This document shows, piece by piece, positions 1 to 12,322 of a stretch of DNA of 64,000 nt. The position numbers and the translations under genes are program-made. The notes under the pieces are model-generated. The model had not been told where the DNA came from, made no database searches, and saw nothing but the letters and a program-made list of their open reading frames with translations. Position 1 is the stretch's first letter, and each line of letters begins with the position of its first letter. The stretch is from Felis catus (lineage: Eukaryota), in assembly GCF_018350175.1 (NCBI RefSeq), contig NC_058374.1, forward strand, positions 138,384,001-138,448,000. Reading direction: 5' to 3'.

Positions 1-3000
1 GACTCACCCCTGCGTCCCGTCACCTTGTTCTGCAAGCGACCCCTGACGTTCAGACGACTGACCGTGCACCACCCTCAGGTCAGTGCAGCACCTTGGACAT
101 TGAAAGTCAGGGCTCCCTCTCCCCCCCAGGTACCGCCCGGGGCCGGGCACGTCTGGAACGGGACACGCGCACGCACGTAACACGCGTGGAGGCTAGTGGA
201 GGACAGAGGAGCCGGGCTGGCGATACTCACGTTTTTGCAAGCTCAGCTGGGCCTGCTCCAGCGTCGGCCCTGACCTGCCACCAGCCTCTCTCTGTAGCCG
301 AGGGACCAAGGTCCGCCAGAAGCCAGGGGCTTGCCCTGGTCTCTTGCCCCGGGAAGCTGGACTCAGGCCCGTCTCTCTGGCTCCCTTCTGCACAGAAGCC
401 GAGGGAAGCTCCTTCTGCAAGGCGCCATCTGTCTCGGGGGTCCGTGGTGGGAGGGCCCGGGCCAGCTGCTGGGGACTGTTGGAAGTGTCTGTGGAGTGGG
501 CAGAGCTCAGGGGCTCAGCAGGTGAGGGGGCCCCGGCCTGCCACTCCCTATCCTGGCGGCCTCGTGGCCCTGGCGGAGGCCTGTCGTGCCCAGAGGCCCC
601 CTGCCCACGCCCCGCGCCCCCCCTGAGAGCCGGCCCGCGGTGCAGGCCGCGGGACCCACTCGGCTGCCTCCAGCCTCCTGGGGAGTCAGTGGGGCCATGT
701 GGGCCAGACAGGCGTCCCCTCCCCTCCCCCGCTGTTGCCATGGCCAGGGGCAGGCCTGCCTCCCGGGTCTGGGTGGAGAGGACCCCAGGCTGTTGTGTCT
801 GGGCTCAGGACCCCTCTGCCATCTGGGCCTCGTGTGTTTATAGGTCCAGCTTGCCCGCAAGACTCTGCAGACGCGGCCCCCGGGGCTTTTGTGTCTGCAC
901 GCAGAGCGGGCGCCAGCCGGTGCCCGAGATGGGGGGTGGAATGTGGGTGGGGAGAGGGGGAGGCCCCCAGAGGACGTGGGACAGAGGGAAAGGGGGACAT
1001 GGGGGGGTTACCAGAGGAAGGGGAAGGACAGAGTGGAGGCAGAGAGAAAGCAGGGCAGGGCACAGGAAGAGAGGAGACACGGGGCAGAGCGACAGGAAGC
1101 TGGGGGGGGGGTGGCCTGGGGTGCAGCTGGTCCCAGATGTCCCCAGGGCCTCCTGGGCTGTGCCCAAGGCCATCTAGTCCAGGTGCTTTCCCGGGGGCAC
1201 GCTGCGAAATCCCCCGATGTCTCGCTGGCTGCAGGTAGCCTCCAGGCTCCAAATGAAACCCAGGCCCCCGGAGGTTCGCTCCTCACACAGACGCGGGCAC
1301 CAGACTCGGGTCCTGAGTCCCCAAGCCCTGACAGACACAAGCAGGAGGCCGCAAGGGTGTGTCCCCAGGACCGTGGGCGGAGGTCGAAGGAGGCAGGGCC
1401 GGCCGGCCTGGGAGGCCAGAAGGGCTCTTGGACCAGGACGAGGGGGTCTGTACACAGTAGCCGAGACCCAGGTGACGTGGGGAGGGTTGTGGGTGAAGAA
1501 GGACAGGCCTGGAGGAGTGGGCTCTCCCGGGGCAGGACCTGTACCCCCTCCCCCCCATACTGTGCAGGGGACAGAAGACCAGGCCGATGCATACAGTAGG
1601 TGCTTGCTCTGTGGTCATCCAGAGCCTGAGTGGTCACCAGGATGACTGTACAGCCCAGCCCGCACTGCAGGGGTGAGAACATGCCCCGGGCCAGAGGGGA
1701 GGGCGCCCCTCCCGTGTGCACTCATGCCCTCCTGTAGCCCCAGCATCACCAGCAAGGTGGGGTTCATCATCTCCATTCTGTCCAGCTAGAAACGGAGGCC
1801 GGGGGCTGCGAATAGCCCAGCTCTGGCCTCACCTGTGGCCCTGGGGGGTTGTTGGGATGATGGAGCCCCTTCAGGACGCTGGGCTGGGGGCACCAAAGGT
1901 TTATGGGGGGACGGTGACTTGGTGAGTGGGCTCTTTCTGAACTGACCCAGTACTGCTCTCCTTGAGGTCTGCCCAGACTTGGCCCCGAATGGGGAGAGGT
2001 CTGGGCACGGGAGGCTCCCTCCGTCTCTAGTCCCTTCCCCTGCGCTGAGCCCCTAGTGTCTCCCCCACGCCCGGTGAGGGCAGGAGCCACGCGCCTCTGC
2101 TCGGCTCCCAGTGGTGGCCTGCTCTCTGAAGGGACGTGGCCCTGCCCTCCCCGGCACCCCGGCTGCCTGTGGGTGGACAGGCTGCCGTGTTCTCCCGAAG
2201 CTGACACAGACGGGGGTTCACGGAAAAGTGAGGCCTGGGGTCACGGGCCCGACACCCCACGGCAGAGCCATGCTGCGGAGCCGTATCTGCCTGCTCCGGG
2301 GCTGACCCGAGTCTGGTGCCCACGGCCGAGGAGAAGCAGGAGTTTGTTCTGACGCTAAATGTCCAGCCAGCCTTGATTTACTCGGAAGTTGAGGCTTAAA
2401 AAATACCTTGCGTCTGATCTTTTGGTCCCAGTGAAAGTACAAAATGCAGAATGACGGGTTTCATTCGGTGCTTCTTTCTGGTTCTGAGCAGCAGCGCGCT
2501 GGCCGGGAATGGTTAACCTTGAGACTCGAGGAGAGAAGGAAGCAGCAAACGCTTTGCTGCTCTTCGAGAGAGCCGGGAGAGCCCTGCTCTTCGAGCTCCA
2601 CCGGACAAAGCGACTCGCGGTTCAGTTCCCGTTCTGGTGCCAGGCCCTGAGCTGGACGCCCCTCCCCCCAGTGCCATCGCTGGTGCTGTCGGCCCTGCTG
2701 GGCGGTTGTCTCGGTGCCGCTGCCCGGGGGGAGGGGACAGAGGCTCAGGGAGGTCGAGGGGCCAGCCCCAGACCACCAGGCCGCCCAGCAGCGGAGCAGG
2801 GGCCTGGCCCCAACCTGCTGAGAAGGACGTCTGTCCGGGTTCCAGGAGCGTGTGGCCTCCCTGAAGCGTCGGGGTCCCCCTGAGCTGTCGGCCTGCTGGA
2901 TCCTAAGAGGCAGCCTCCCCGGGGGGCGGGCAGGGGGCCGGGGCCGGGGCCTCCAGCTCAGGCCCTCACCGGAGCGGTGCCCAGGGTGGGCTGGGGGGTG

Positions 3001-3847
3001 TCGAAAGAGACTTGCCGATAGGGTGCAACCCAAAGTGCCATTTGCCCCCAGGTCTGGGCTTGGCTGGACGCTTGGCCTCGGACCCCCCCTGGTTGGAGGC
3101 CTTATTCCCCAGATACTACGGCGCTGGAAGGCCAGCTGGCCGGCTCTGGTGGGAAAAGAGAGGCTTCCACTCTTCAGCAGACCGATTGCTGTCCCTGTTC
3201 CGGCGTGCTTGGGTCCGAGCTTCTCTTCTCCAACACCACCAACGCTCACCTAGCCTGGCGGCCGTGGAGAATCGGGGACGCCACAACACCCTGTCACCTT
3301 GAGGAAGAGAAGGCAAACATCTCAGAAGTGGGGCTTCCTAGGGTCCCCCAAGTACAGAGGAGTCTGGGCCTTCTTAGCAGCTGTGTGACCGGGGCTCCGT
3401 AAGTGGAGACATCCGTGGGTCTCCGCTCCCCAGTGCCGTAGGCACAGGATGCCTGTCTTTGGCCGTGTGAGCGTGGGGAAGTGCCTTAGCCTCTCTGTGC
3501 TGGTCTCTTCTCGGCAGATCAGGCTGTAACGGGGACTGACTGAGGCCCTCAGCGGGATGGACGCAGGTCTGTGCCTGGCATGCCGCACGTGCTGGGGGTT
3601 TGCGTTGGCCGCGTGTCCAATGGGGAGCACGTGCCCGGGAAGGGGGACGCGTTTGCAGCAGTATTGGGCAAGTGGGGGTCGGACCTGGGCTGTGAGGCTG
3701 TCTCATCCCCGTGGGGCAGCTCCCACGGAGAATCTGCTCCCGGGAGCGGTCCTCAGTGAGGACACCGCTTTGTTCACACCCGGCGTGTGTCATCAGGACA
3801 GCCGTGGTTACACAGGTGATGGGGACCGTGGCACCTGCCCTCCATGC

Positions 3848-3897
3848 CGTGCCGTGGCCTATGGTAGCACGACCACGTGCCGTGGCCTATGGTAGCA
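3848..3897. repeat. Short tandem duplication (22-bp unit, period 28)
   Basis: CGTGCCGTGGCCTATGGTAGCA at 3848-3869 and again at 3876-3897. Confidence 0.9.
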
Positions 3898-3952
3898 GCC
3901 ACCCTGTAGGAAAGGTGCGGGGCTGCCTTCCCAATCCCACTGTCTTGTTCCT

Positions 3953-4147
3953 TTATATAAAAAAAAAAATGTTTATTTAATTTTTGAGAGAGTGCGAGTG
4001 GGCGAGGGGCAGACCCAGAATCTGAAGGGGCTCCAGGCTCTGAGCTGTCGGCACAGAGCCCAACGCGGGGGCTCGAACCCCCAAGTCACGAGATCGCGAC
4101 CTGAGCCGAAGTCGGACATTTAACTAACTGAGCCCCCAAGGCGCCCT
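3953..4147 (-). mobile_element. Can-SINE (tRNA-derived, felid type)
   Basis: Reverse-strand SINE body ending ...ctgagccgaagtcggac...ggcgccc. Degenerate TSD cactgtcttgttcctt / cactgtcttatttctt. Confidence 0.92.
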
Positions 4148-5199
4148 TCACTGTCTTATTTCTTGACACAGGCCCTGCCCCTGCCTCTGGATCAGCCTGT
4201 CCCCGTCAGAGCACAAGGCCCCAGCTGTGTGAGAGAGGACCGTCTCCCCGGACCCTTGGCCTCAGTCTGCCCGTCTGTAAAGTGGGATTGGCCTGGGCCC
4301 AGGCTTTGCCTCTGCACAGTCAGGGAGGGGTGGCCTGTGCCTGGGCCCAGGGCCCCCGGAGCAGTCCTGCGTGTATCTGCCTTCCACCTGGGGTTCTGAG
4401 CGAGACGTGCTAAAGGTGCGGAGACCACGGGCAGCACAGAGTCGGAAAGACGTGGGCCCTTGGGGTGTACCCACCGCCCATCGGACGGTGCGGCAGAGGG
4501 GGCTTCCTGTCCAGCGGGTGTTTGATGGGGCAGCGCCTCTCGCCCACAGGACGTGGGCAGGGGCTCCCCAGAGGGGACACGAACGGGAGGTGGGCTGTCA
4601 CCGGACGGAGGCAGAACAGGAGCCTCCAGGTTTGGGACGTGGCTCGGGGTCCCGTCGGGCAGGGCCCTGGGTGCTGTGGGAGGTCGGGGAGGGGCTGGGG
4701 CCGGTCTCCCCGGTGTCCCCGCCCCCGGCGCTGCCCTGGCACGGCCGGTCCTGCCAGCTGTCCCTGCGCCTGCCAGCAATGGGCAGGAAGAAGCCGGCAG
4801 CCTGGACCCCGGGGTGGGATGTGCTGGGATGTCCCCGGAATGCGGGCCAGCCCCTCCGGCCATCTGGTCAGAGGCCACCCCGCCACCAGGCAAATGAAGA
4901 CCACCCTTCGAGGGTCTGGGGCAAAGGAGGATTTTCCTGTGGAAGGAGGCCATGAGCCTACACTCTCGCCTGCCTCCCCGCATCGCCGCCCCGAGCCGGG
5001 CCGTCTCCTCCGTAAGGCGGGAGAGCGTCAGTGCCACCGCCCTGGGCAAGAGCTTCTCCCCAGACCACCCCGAGCCCCTCGAGAGGGTAAGCTCAGGGTG
5101 GCGGGAGCTTGGGCAGGAGGAAGCTTCCAGAGAAGGCACTGCCTGCCCCCCCCCCAACTTTTTCTGGCCAGGTCCCCCTGGGCCTCCACGCAGGACAGG

Positions 5200-5335
5200 C
5201 GGCCGCACTTCCGGAGTGGACGTTACCCCTCCCTGCCGCTGCGGGGCCCGTCCCTGCCCCGGGCTGTTGGCTGCCTTTGTCTTTCTGGGGCTCCACAAAA
5301 TGGCCGCCGCAGCCCTCCGCCATTTTGTGTCTGAG
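5200..5335. promoter_or_regulatory. Candidate internal promoter/enhancer: ETS/GABP site plus two inverted YY1 sites
   Basis: CACTTCCGG at 5206-5214; CAAAATGGCCGCC near 5296-5308; CCGCCATTTTG near 5317-5327; CpG-rich surroundings. Confidence 0.55.
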
Positions 5336-8300
5336 GCAGGCGGGCGGGTGGCCGGCGGGGGAGGAGGGAGGGAGACCACCGCCCGCCCGCCTGCCCCGAG
5401 TGGCCTGGACGGAGCCCAGCAGCAGCCCCCGCCCCAGCCCGGCCTTGGCCGCGGCTGCCCTGGGCTTGGCACCAGCCAGAGTCTTGGCAAGGCTGTCCGG
5501 GAACCCCGGCCCTTCACCCAGCCCGCCGGCCCCCTCGCCACCCCCCAGCCTCCCCTGACGAGCAGACGGAGATGCTGTAGACCAGAGCCCAGAAGAGCTG
5601 TAATTAAAGCCATGCTCCTGGAGGGAGTCCTGGCAGCCACGGGGCCGGCACGGACAGTTCTAGAAATGACGCTCGCCCGAGTGGGTGGGGATGGGCTCCC
5701 CGGACCCGCCGTGACCAGGGCCCCATCTGTTTCAGGCCACACTGGGGAGACCAGCGGCCCCCTCAGTCCTGCACCAGCCACCCTGCCCCCTTACCTGCCT
5801 GAGGAGCCTCCGGGCTCCCTGGCTGGGCCTCGTGCTGGGCCCGGGGCTCATGGAGGTCGGTCAGGTTTCTGGTCTGGACGCAGCTACTGCCCGTCCTCAG
5901 GAAGCAGGGACGGGGGGCTTCCTGGAGGAGGTGAGCTCTGCAGCCGGGCTTCCCGTGGGGCTGGGGCCAGCCGAGAATCTTCGGTGCACCAGGCTGGGGG
6001 TGAGCCCGTTCCAGCCCAGCCCGCTGCCCTACGCAGTCCTGTCTTCCGCGGGACCCACATCCCCCGAACCTCGGCGTCCCTGAAGGGCATTTTCCGGAGC
6101 TGGGAGCAACCAGGCGTCTCCCTCCTCGTCAGAGAGCCTCCGGCCTCCTCCTGTGCCTCCTGCTCTCGTTCTGTGCACAGCGTTCGCAAGCTTGCCCCTC
6201 TGACAGCACCCAGTGGGTCGGAGGGAGCGCCCTACAGAGGGGAGTCGGTCGGGCAGGAAGTGGGCGCACGGCATCCGGGCAGCCTTGGCTGCGGGGCCTG
6301 GGAGCAATATCAGGGAGACGCGGTTGTCCCTGGGCCCGTTCGCTGGAGGGACAGGGACGCCACCGGCCTCGGCAGGTGGAAGGGAGCCGCCGGCCTGCCG
6401 GGCGTCGATGCCCACCCGTGGTACCCAGCCGTGAGGCCGTCAGAGGGCAGTGGACCTCCTAGAGGAGGTTCGTAGAAACGTCCTCATAGAGGAGGGACTG
6501 GCATTTGAGGGGAGCAGGCGCCTTTTAAAGGGGCTGGTGTGGATTCTCAGGCAGCACGCGGGGTAACGCGGGCGCCGTGGGGGCAAGCCCGGCCTGTGTT
6601 CCCTGCATCGCCGAGGGTCAGTTCCGCGCCGTCGAGGGGTAGAAAGCAGGCGTGCAGCAGGGCAGGGCCCCGGAGCTGCGAGACGGCTTCCCCAGACACC
6701 TGCGGCCCAGCCAAGCCCTTCAGGCTGGGAAGGCCGCTGGACGCTGCCCCAGGCCCTTCCCAGACGCTCTCTCCTTGCGGTTCCCAGAGAGGACATTCCA
6801 TCACCATGAAGTGAGGTTTACTCACGCCCCGGCTCCCTCTGGGGAAGGCCTGCCGGACGGGATGGTGGCCGCACGCCAGGCCAGGCGCAGAGCCTCCTGG
6901 AGGAGCCGGGAGCCCCGCAGCGGAACGACCGACCGTCTCGCAGGGGGCGGCCGCCAGGTGTGGTTGCTGCGGGGCGGGGTTTCGTGCTGGGTGTTTTTAA
7001 TGGTACGGGTGCGTCCGTCCGGTCCCCTCCCTTACCCCTGCTCCTCGCCTTGTGACCCAGACTGTGGCCCGAACTGAGAACATTTCAAGTCCGCGTGCGC
7101 CTTTGAGGCTGACGCTGTTGCCTCTGACACCCGACGGAGACACGCTCGGGATCAGAGAGGGCTCTGCGTTCGTGCTTTCCCCTTTGGAGTTTGAGCGGAC
7201 CCTGGACAGAACAGCCTCCCCAGCCGACGCCTTCTCCCCGGGCACAGAGGCACCTTGCCCTTCCTTCTGACAGCCGCCGGCATCCGGGTCCCACTCTACA
7301 GGGCGGGCGGCTGAGGCCGGAGGTACCAACTTGCCGACGGCTCGCTGCCAGAGCAGGGGACCCAGACCGTGACCCGGTGGACCTCCGAGCCAGCTGTCCC
7401 CTCCTCCCACCTGCCCACGGCCCCCGTGGATGCAAGTGTGTCTGCAGAGCTGGCCAGCCTCCCCGGGCAGCGCCAGCCCCAGCCCCCCGGCTTCCCAAGT
7501 GGTCCTTTCTGGGACCTCCAAACTCGGGCAAATGTGGCAGTGACAGTTCAGCCTCCTCTGCATGCCTGGCCCTCCTCTAGGCTCAGGACATCACGGCAGG
7601 CCTGGCCCCTGCCCTGGGGAGCACTCATTTCCCCAGGCCTGGCCACCTTCACCACGCCAGCTCGGAGGCCTCTGGGGACAGGAAAGCGAGGAGCTGGAGC
7701 GGGACGGTCTTCTGAGGCGACAGCCGTGGGGCAAGCTGGACAGGGAAGGTGCCAACGAGAGAACGCTTTGGGGCCCTGAGACAGAGGAGGGCTGGGGCCG
7801 GGGCTCCGTCTGGAGGCGTCACCCACCTGCGTGGCCTTTGCGGCCCAGAGGGAAGCGGGGCCGTGGAAAGAGCCTGGGGCCAGAGAAATTTGGATTCCAG
7901 CTCTGGCTTTGCTGGCCCACCCCCCCAGACAGGCTTTTGGGGGCCGTGAGGCCACCGGGCCTCGTACTCCCTGAGCGGAAGAATCCGTCTTTAGGTTGGA
8001 GGTTTTTCCGTCACGGGTATTTTCGCGTCCATTTTAAGAATTTTGCTTCAAAATAATTTGTCCTCGTCGCTGAGTTGCGGCGCCCCACAAATTGTGTGCC
8101 GGAGGTGAGGGTCTGGCTGGCTCCCCGCTTCCTGGCCACACCAGGCCCACAGTGGGCACACGGCCCCTGCCCGCGTCGTCAGACTGCCGGGTACGCATGT
8201 CTCCTGAACTTTATGGGCCGTGTTTGCAGGGACAGACCCACGCCCCCCCCCCCCGCCACTGCCCGGGCCCCCGGATGCCACCCCCACAGCTTTGTCCCAG

Positions 8301-11184
8301 ACCCCATTGTTGGCACGGCTTGCCGAGCAGAAACACTGGCCGCTTTATGGGGAGAAACCTAATCGGGGCGGCAGTGGCGGGGGGCAGCCACGGGGGGGCT
8401 CCCGGCTCTCAGTGGCCCCGAGCCAAGCCCGAGGTGACTGCGGGGTGACACCGTCTGTCTGCCTCCCTTGCTCCAGACATCCGCCCAGCCCTGAAAGGGC
8501 CACCTGCCCGCCGAGGCCTCCCACACACCTGTCCCTGGCCGGCCCGGCCCCTCCCACCGGGGCCCGCCCAGCACCCTGCCCACAAGCGGACACCGAGGGG
8601 GACTGGGACGGGGCCGCTGCCCACCGCTCTCCCCCGCAGCCCTGCTCAGGGAGCCCCGTTCACAGTGCGCTCCTGCCCCTGCCGCCAGCCCTCCTCCAGG
8701 CTGACGGGGAAGGGTCTCTTTGGTCTGTCTCGGGATTCCTCCCCAGGCGGAGGGCGCTGGTGATTCGTGGGACTTGTCAGGCAGGTGGACCCGGCCAATC
8801 TTCCCCTCCAGCTCAGACTCCCCGAGTTGGGGCCTTTTCCCCGCTAGCTCAGAAATGTCTCCGCACATGGGTCACCGACCCAGCAATGTAAACCCTGCCC
8901 CTGACCCAAAAAACCCTCTCTCCGGAGCTCTTGGCTAAAGAAAGCCGCGTTTTGGGTGAGCTCTGTTTTGGTAAGGGCAGAGCCAGAGTGGGGACCCTGC
9001 CGGGGGTCATGATACCTGCTTCCTGGTCACCTAGAGAAATTTGAAGCAGGCTGTTGAGTGTGCAGGAAACACGCCCCAGGCCCCTAGGGAGAGTGGATTC
9101 GCGCCTCCTCCGTGGGCCCCGCTCCCACCCACAGCAGCACCTGCCGCAGGGCCGGGTCTTGCAGACGTGAGCACAGCTGGTCCCAGAGCCGGGATTCCCC
9201 TTGGGGGCCTCCCGAGGCTTCCGGGTGGGCAGTGAGAGAGGCCCATGGTGCGGGAGACGGGGCCCTCGTGGGCAAGGAGCCGGGACAACCAGGGCTGTCG
9301 TCCCCGGCAGAGAACAAGCAAGGACAGAGACAGATGGGCCGGGCGGCTCAGAGGAGGCCTGCCCTGGGCATTTTTCTTTTCCTTGGAGGACGTGTCGTGC
9401 TGGCTTCCCCGCCCCCACCCCCCCTTTACGCCAGTCCCGAACGGTCGCCTGGCCAGAATGGGCCAGAACCAGAGGGGACTGTGATCCTCCGAGCAAGCCC
9501 TGGCTGAGGCCTCAGGCCGGGTCCTGGGAGCCCTTTCCTCGGGGTTCTGCTCTTGGGAGGACCCCAGGCCTTGCTTGCCACAGGGCAGGAGCCCCCGCCT
9601 GCCTAGAGCTCTGGAAAGCGGGGACCTCAGCTCCTCCCTCTTGGGTCCTCCCAACTCCAGGCCCCAGAACATCCGTGCCAGCTTGGTCTTGACCATTCAG
9701 GGACAAGCCCGGGTCTCGGTCATCTCTGACCCAGAGTCGTCCAGCTCACGGCGGCCACGGAGGCCGTTGTCTCCAGGCCCTTGCGGGGAGCGTGTCCCTG
9801 GCACTGGAATGCGGGATGTGAGGGTTGGTGGGGTGTGCCCGGGCAGGAGGCACAGAGCGGCCGCGGGCGTGTTTCTCCCACACCTGATCCTTGTTACTTT
9901 TTCTCTAAATCCCCAACAGGTCGAGAAGCGGTGTCTGGAAAGGGGCTTCTGTCCACGGTCGGCCTTCCTCGAGGTGAGTGGGTGTCAGGGCAGGGCCTCT
10001 GGGCCCAGGCGGTCTCCACCCTGCGAGGGCGCCCCCGCCACCCACCCCGCTCTGCCTGGCCCAGCCTGAGCCCGCGGGAGGCCTCGCCGGGTCATCCTAC
10101 GGGAAACAGGCCGGTGAGTCTGTGGCCCCAGCCTCAGACTGGGGCTGGCGTGGGTGCACGCCCAGTGACTCAACGCGACGGCACGGGTGACCCCCGGCCC
10201 CACCGCCCGCCTCTGCCGCCGTCCTTGCTCTGGAAGTCTGGCTGAGGAGCTGTCCCCCTGCCCTTCGTCTCCAGGTCCTGCCGTCAGCCACGAGGGTCCT
10301 TGGACGGAGACCTAACGGTCCCACTGCCAAACCTTTGCCCAAGCCGTGCCCTGCACCCGAAGCCACGCCTCCTTTTCCTGCCACTCCCCCAGGTGACGCG
10401 CTTCGTCCACCCACCACGCGCTTGTGACGCTGTAACATTTGACGGTTACCGGACGTGGCCCGGAGGAGCCCTGGTCTGTGAGAGCGGATGCAAGCGGGGT
10501 GCTCGGCTCTGTCTCTCAGGTGCACCTGCTACCCTCGGGCTCACCTTGCCTGCAGGGCCTCTGGGGCCAGGAATCCTTGAGGGAGCCCCTTGGCTCTGCC
10601 CAGCCGTGAACCAGCCCTCGACTGCAATCCTGATGTGCCTCGGCCGCCCGCCACCGGCCCAAGAGGCCACTCGGTAAGTCCAGCCTGGAAGAAGAACAAA
10701 GGGCGAACGAAGGAAGCCAAGCGACCTGCTTCTCAGGCTGGGCTGGAGGGGGGGATGAAGCGGGGGTACGTGTGGTGACCGCCAGGGTGGACCAGGATGA
10801 GGGTCTCTTCCCGTCTCCCTGTCTGTCCCCACCCCGCAGGGCCCGGCCCGCGGCCCGGCCTGTTGTGCCGTCTGTGTCTCCCAGCTGGGGCTGGGCCCTC
10901 CCTGCAGCCTTAGCACATGGGTGTCTCAGCGGCCGACCCTGGAGCCCAGAGCCCGTGCTCGGGGTCCCTCCCCTTGGGACGTTCGGGGGAGTCCTGGGCT
11001 GGGAGCCTTGGCCAGTTTTCTCCCCAGCAGTGAGGCCAACAGCAGTCAGTCTCCCCACACCGCAGTTGGGCGGGCGCCCAGGGTGCTTAGGGGCCGGGCA
11101 TGAGACCTCCGTCTGCAGCAGGGGGCAAAAAGCCAAGCCCAGCAGAGCCCAAGAGCAAGCCCCTCGCCCCCACCACACGCATGG

Positions 11185-11500
11185 GGCCGAGGCCCCCACC
11201 GGTCTGAGCCTCCGTTTCCTCACTGCAAAAAGGGATCAGTAATCCTAGCTTCCCCAGGCCCGTGAGGGCCAAATGGCACGGCCCAGCCTGGGGCCTGCCT
11301 GGAGGAGGCAGCCTGCTAGGAGGGGTGTGGAAGGGAGCTCAGAGCCATTATACCGCTGGGCGGAAAGCAGAATGTCGTAACCTCCCCTCTGCCGCCTGTC
11401 AGCTGTGTGACCCCGTGAAGGTGAGGTTACCTCTCTGGGCCCCAGTCTGCTCACCTACAAGATGGGCTGACAGTAGTCCTTGCCTCACCAGCCTTTCCTC
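11185..11500 (+). mobile_element. MIR fragments (two degraded cores)
   Basis: ctgagcctccgtttcctcactgcaaaaaggga and gctgtgtgacccc...ctctctgggccccagtctgctcacctacaagatggg match the MIR core. Confidence 0.55.
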
Positions 11501-12249
11501 GGGGGCCCCCGGCAAGGTGGCGGCCATGGTGGACATTTATCCAGGCTGCCTGTGCCTCCGGGCACTGAATGCCGAGCCCTCTAGGGCCTACGGTTGTGCC
11601 CCGGCTGCCTTCCCCGGGGGAGCCAGGTCCCTTTGGAAAGAAAGAACAGCGTCCTGGGATGTCTCCCAAAGTGGGGACAGCTCAGGTCACTTGGAACAGC
11701 GGGACCGGACTGACCAGAGTCTATGGGGAAGGCCGCCCCTCCCCCCGCTGCCGCCCAGTGGGTGGAGGGAGCAGGCCCTGAGGCCACCCACGCGTCTCGG
11801 GCAGCCAGAGAGGGGAGGCTGTGCTGTCAGAGGGCGGGCGGCCAGGGGGACACGGCACCTTTTTGCCACATGTTGGCTTCTAAGTGACAGCCTTCCAGTG
11901 TCACCCTTGCAGCAGATGTCCCTTGGCCACACGGTGGCCGCTCCGTCCGGATGGGAGTGACCGGTCACCTGTAGCGCTTGCCCAAAGCCACACTGCAATG
12001 CTTGTCCCCTCCCTCCGTCTCCTCGCCTCCTTCCTCTGGTTGCTGGCTTTCTCCTGCGGGACCCCCTCTGCGTGGCGGCTCTGGGGAGTACGCGGTGCCC
12101 GGGGCCCCTGCTGGCCTGCCTGCCGGAGTCCCTGAGCCCTTGGCGCCCGCCGGCCTGGCCCCCCCCTCCCCCACAGCTCTCCCGCCCCCTCCAGGAGGTG
12201 TCTCTGAAGCCGCGAAGCCCGTCCCTGCGTCACGATCGACGGTCCTTTG

Positions 12250-12322
12250 GGGTGAGGTAGTAGGTTGTATAGTTTGGGGCTCTGCCCTGCTCTGGGTAAC
12301 TATACAATCTACTGTCTTTCCT
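12250..12322 (+). ncRNA. MIRLET7A3: pre-miRNA let-7a-3 (let-7a-5p 12253-12274; 3p 12300-12320)
   Basis: Exact mature let-7a TGAGGTAGTAGGTTGTATAGTT, the a-3-type loop TGGGGCTCTGCCCTG, star arm CTATACAATCTACTGTCTTTC and a pairing basal stem. Confidence 0.98.

Noticed and set aside
4192-5781. 529-aa minus-strand ORF and the many other 100-380 aa ORFs in 1-30 kb
   Set aside because: No recognisable domain, overlapping in all frames, composition follows GC content.
11521-11540. gccATGGTGGACA resembling the PPARA start (MVDT...)
   Set aside because: It continues MVDIYPG, not MVDTES, and lies 30 kb upstream of the promoter; a chance match.
1-12249. miR-3619 or further let-7 family hairpins
   Set aside because: No matching mature sequence seen; only let-7a-3 and let-7b are supported.
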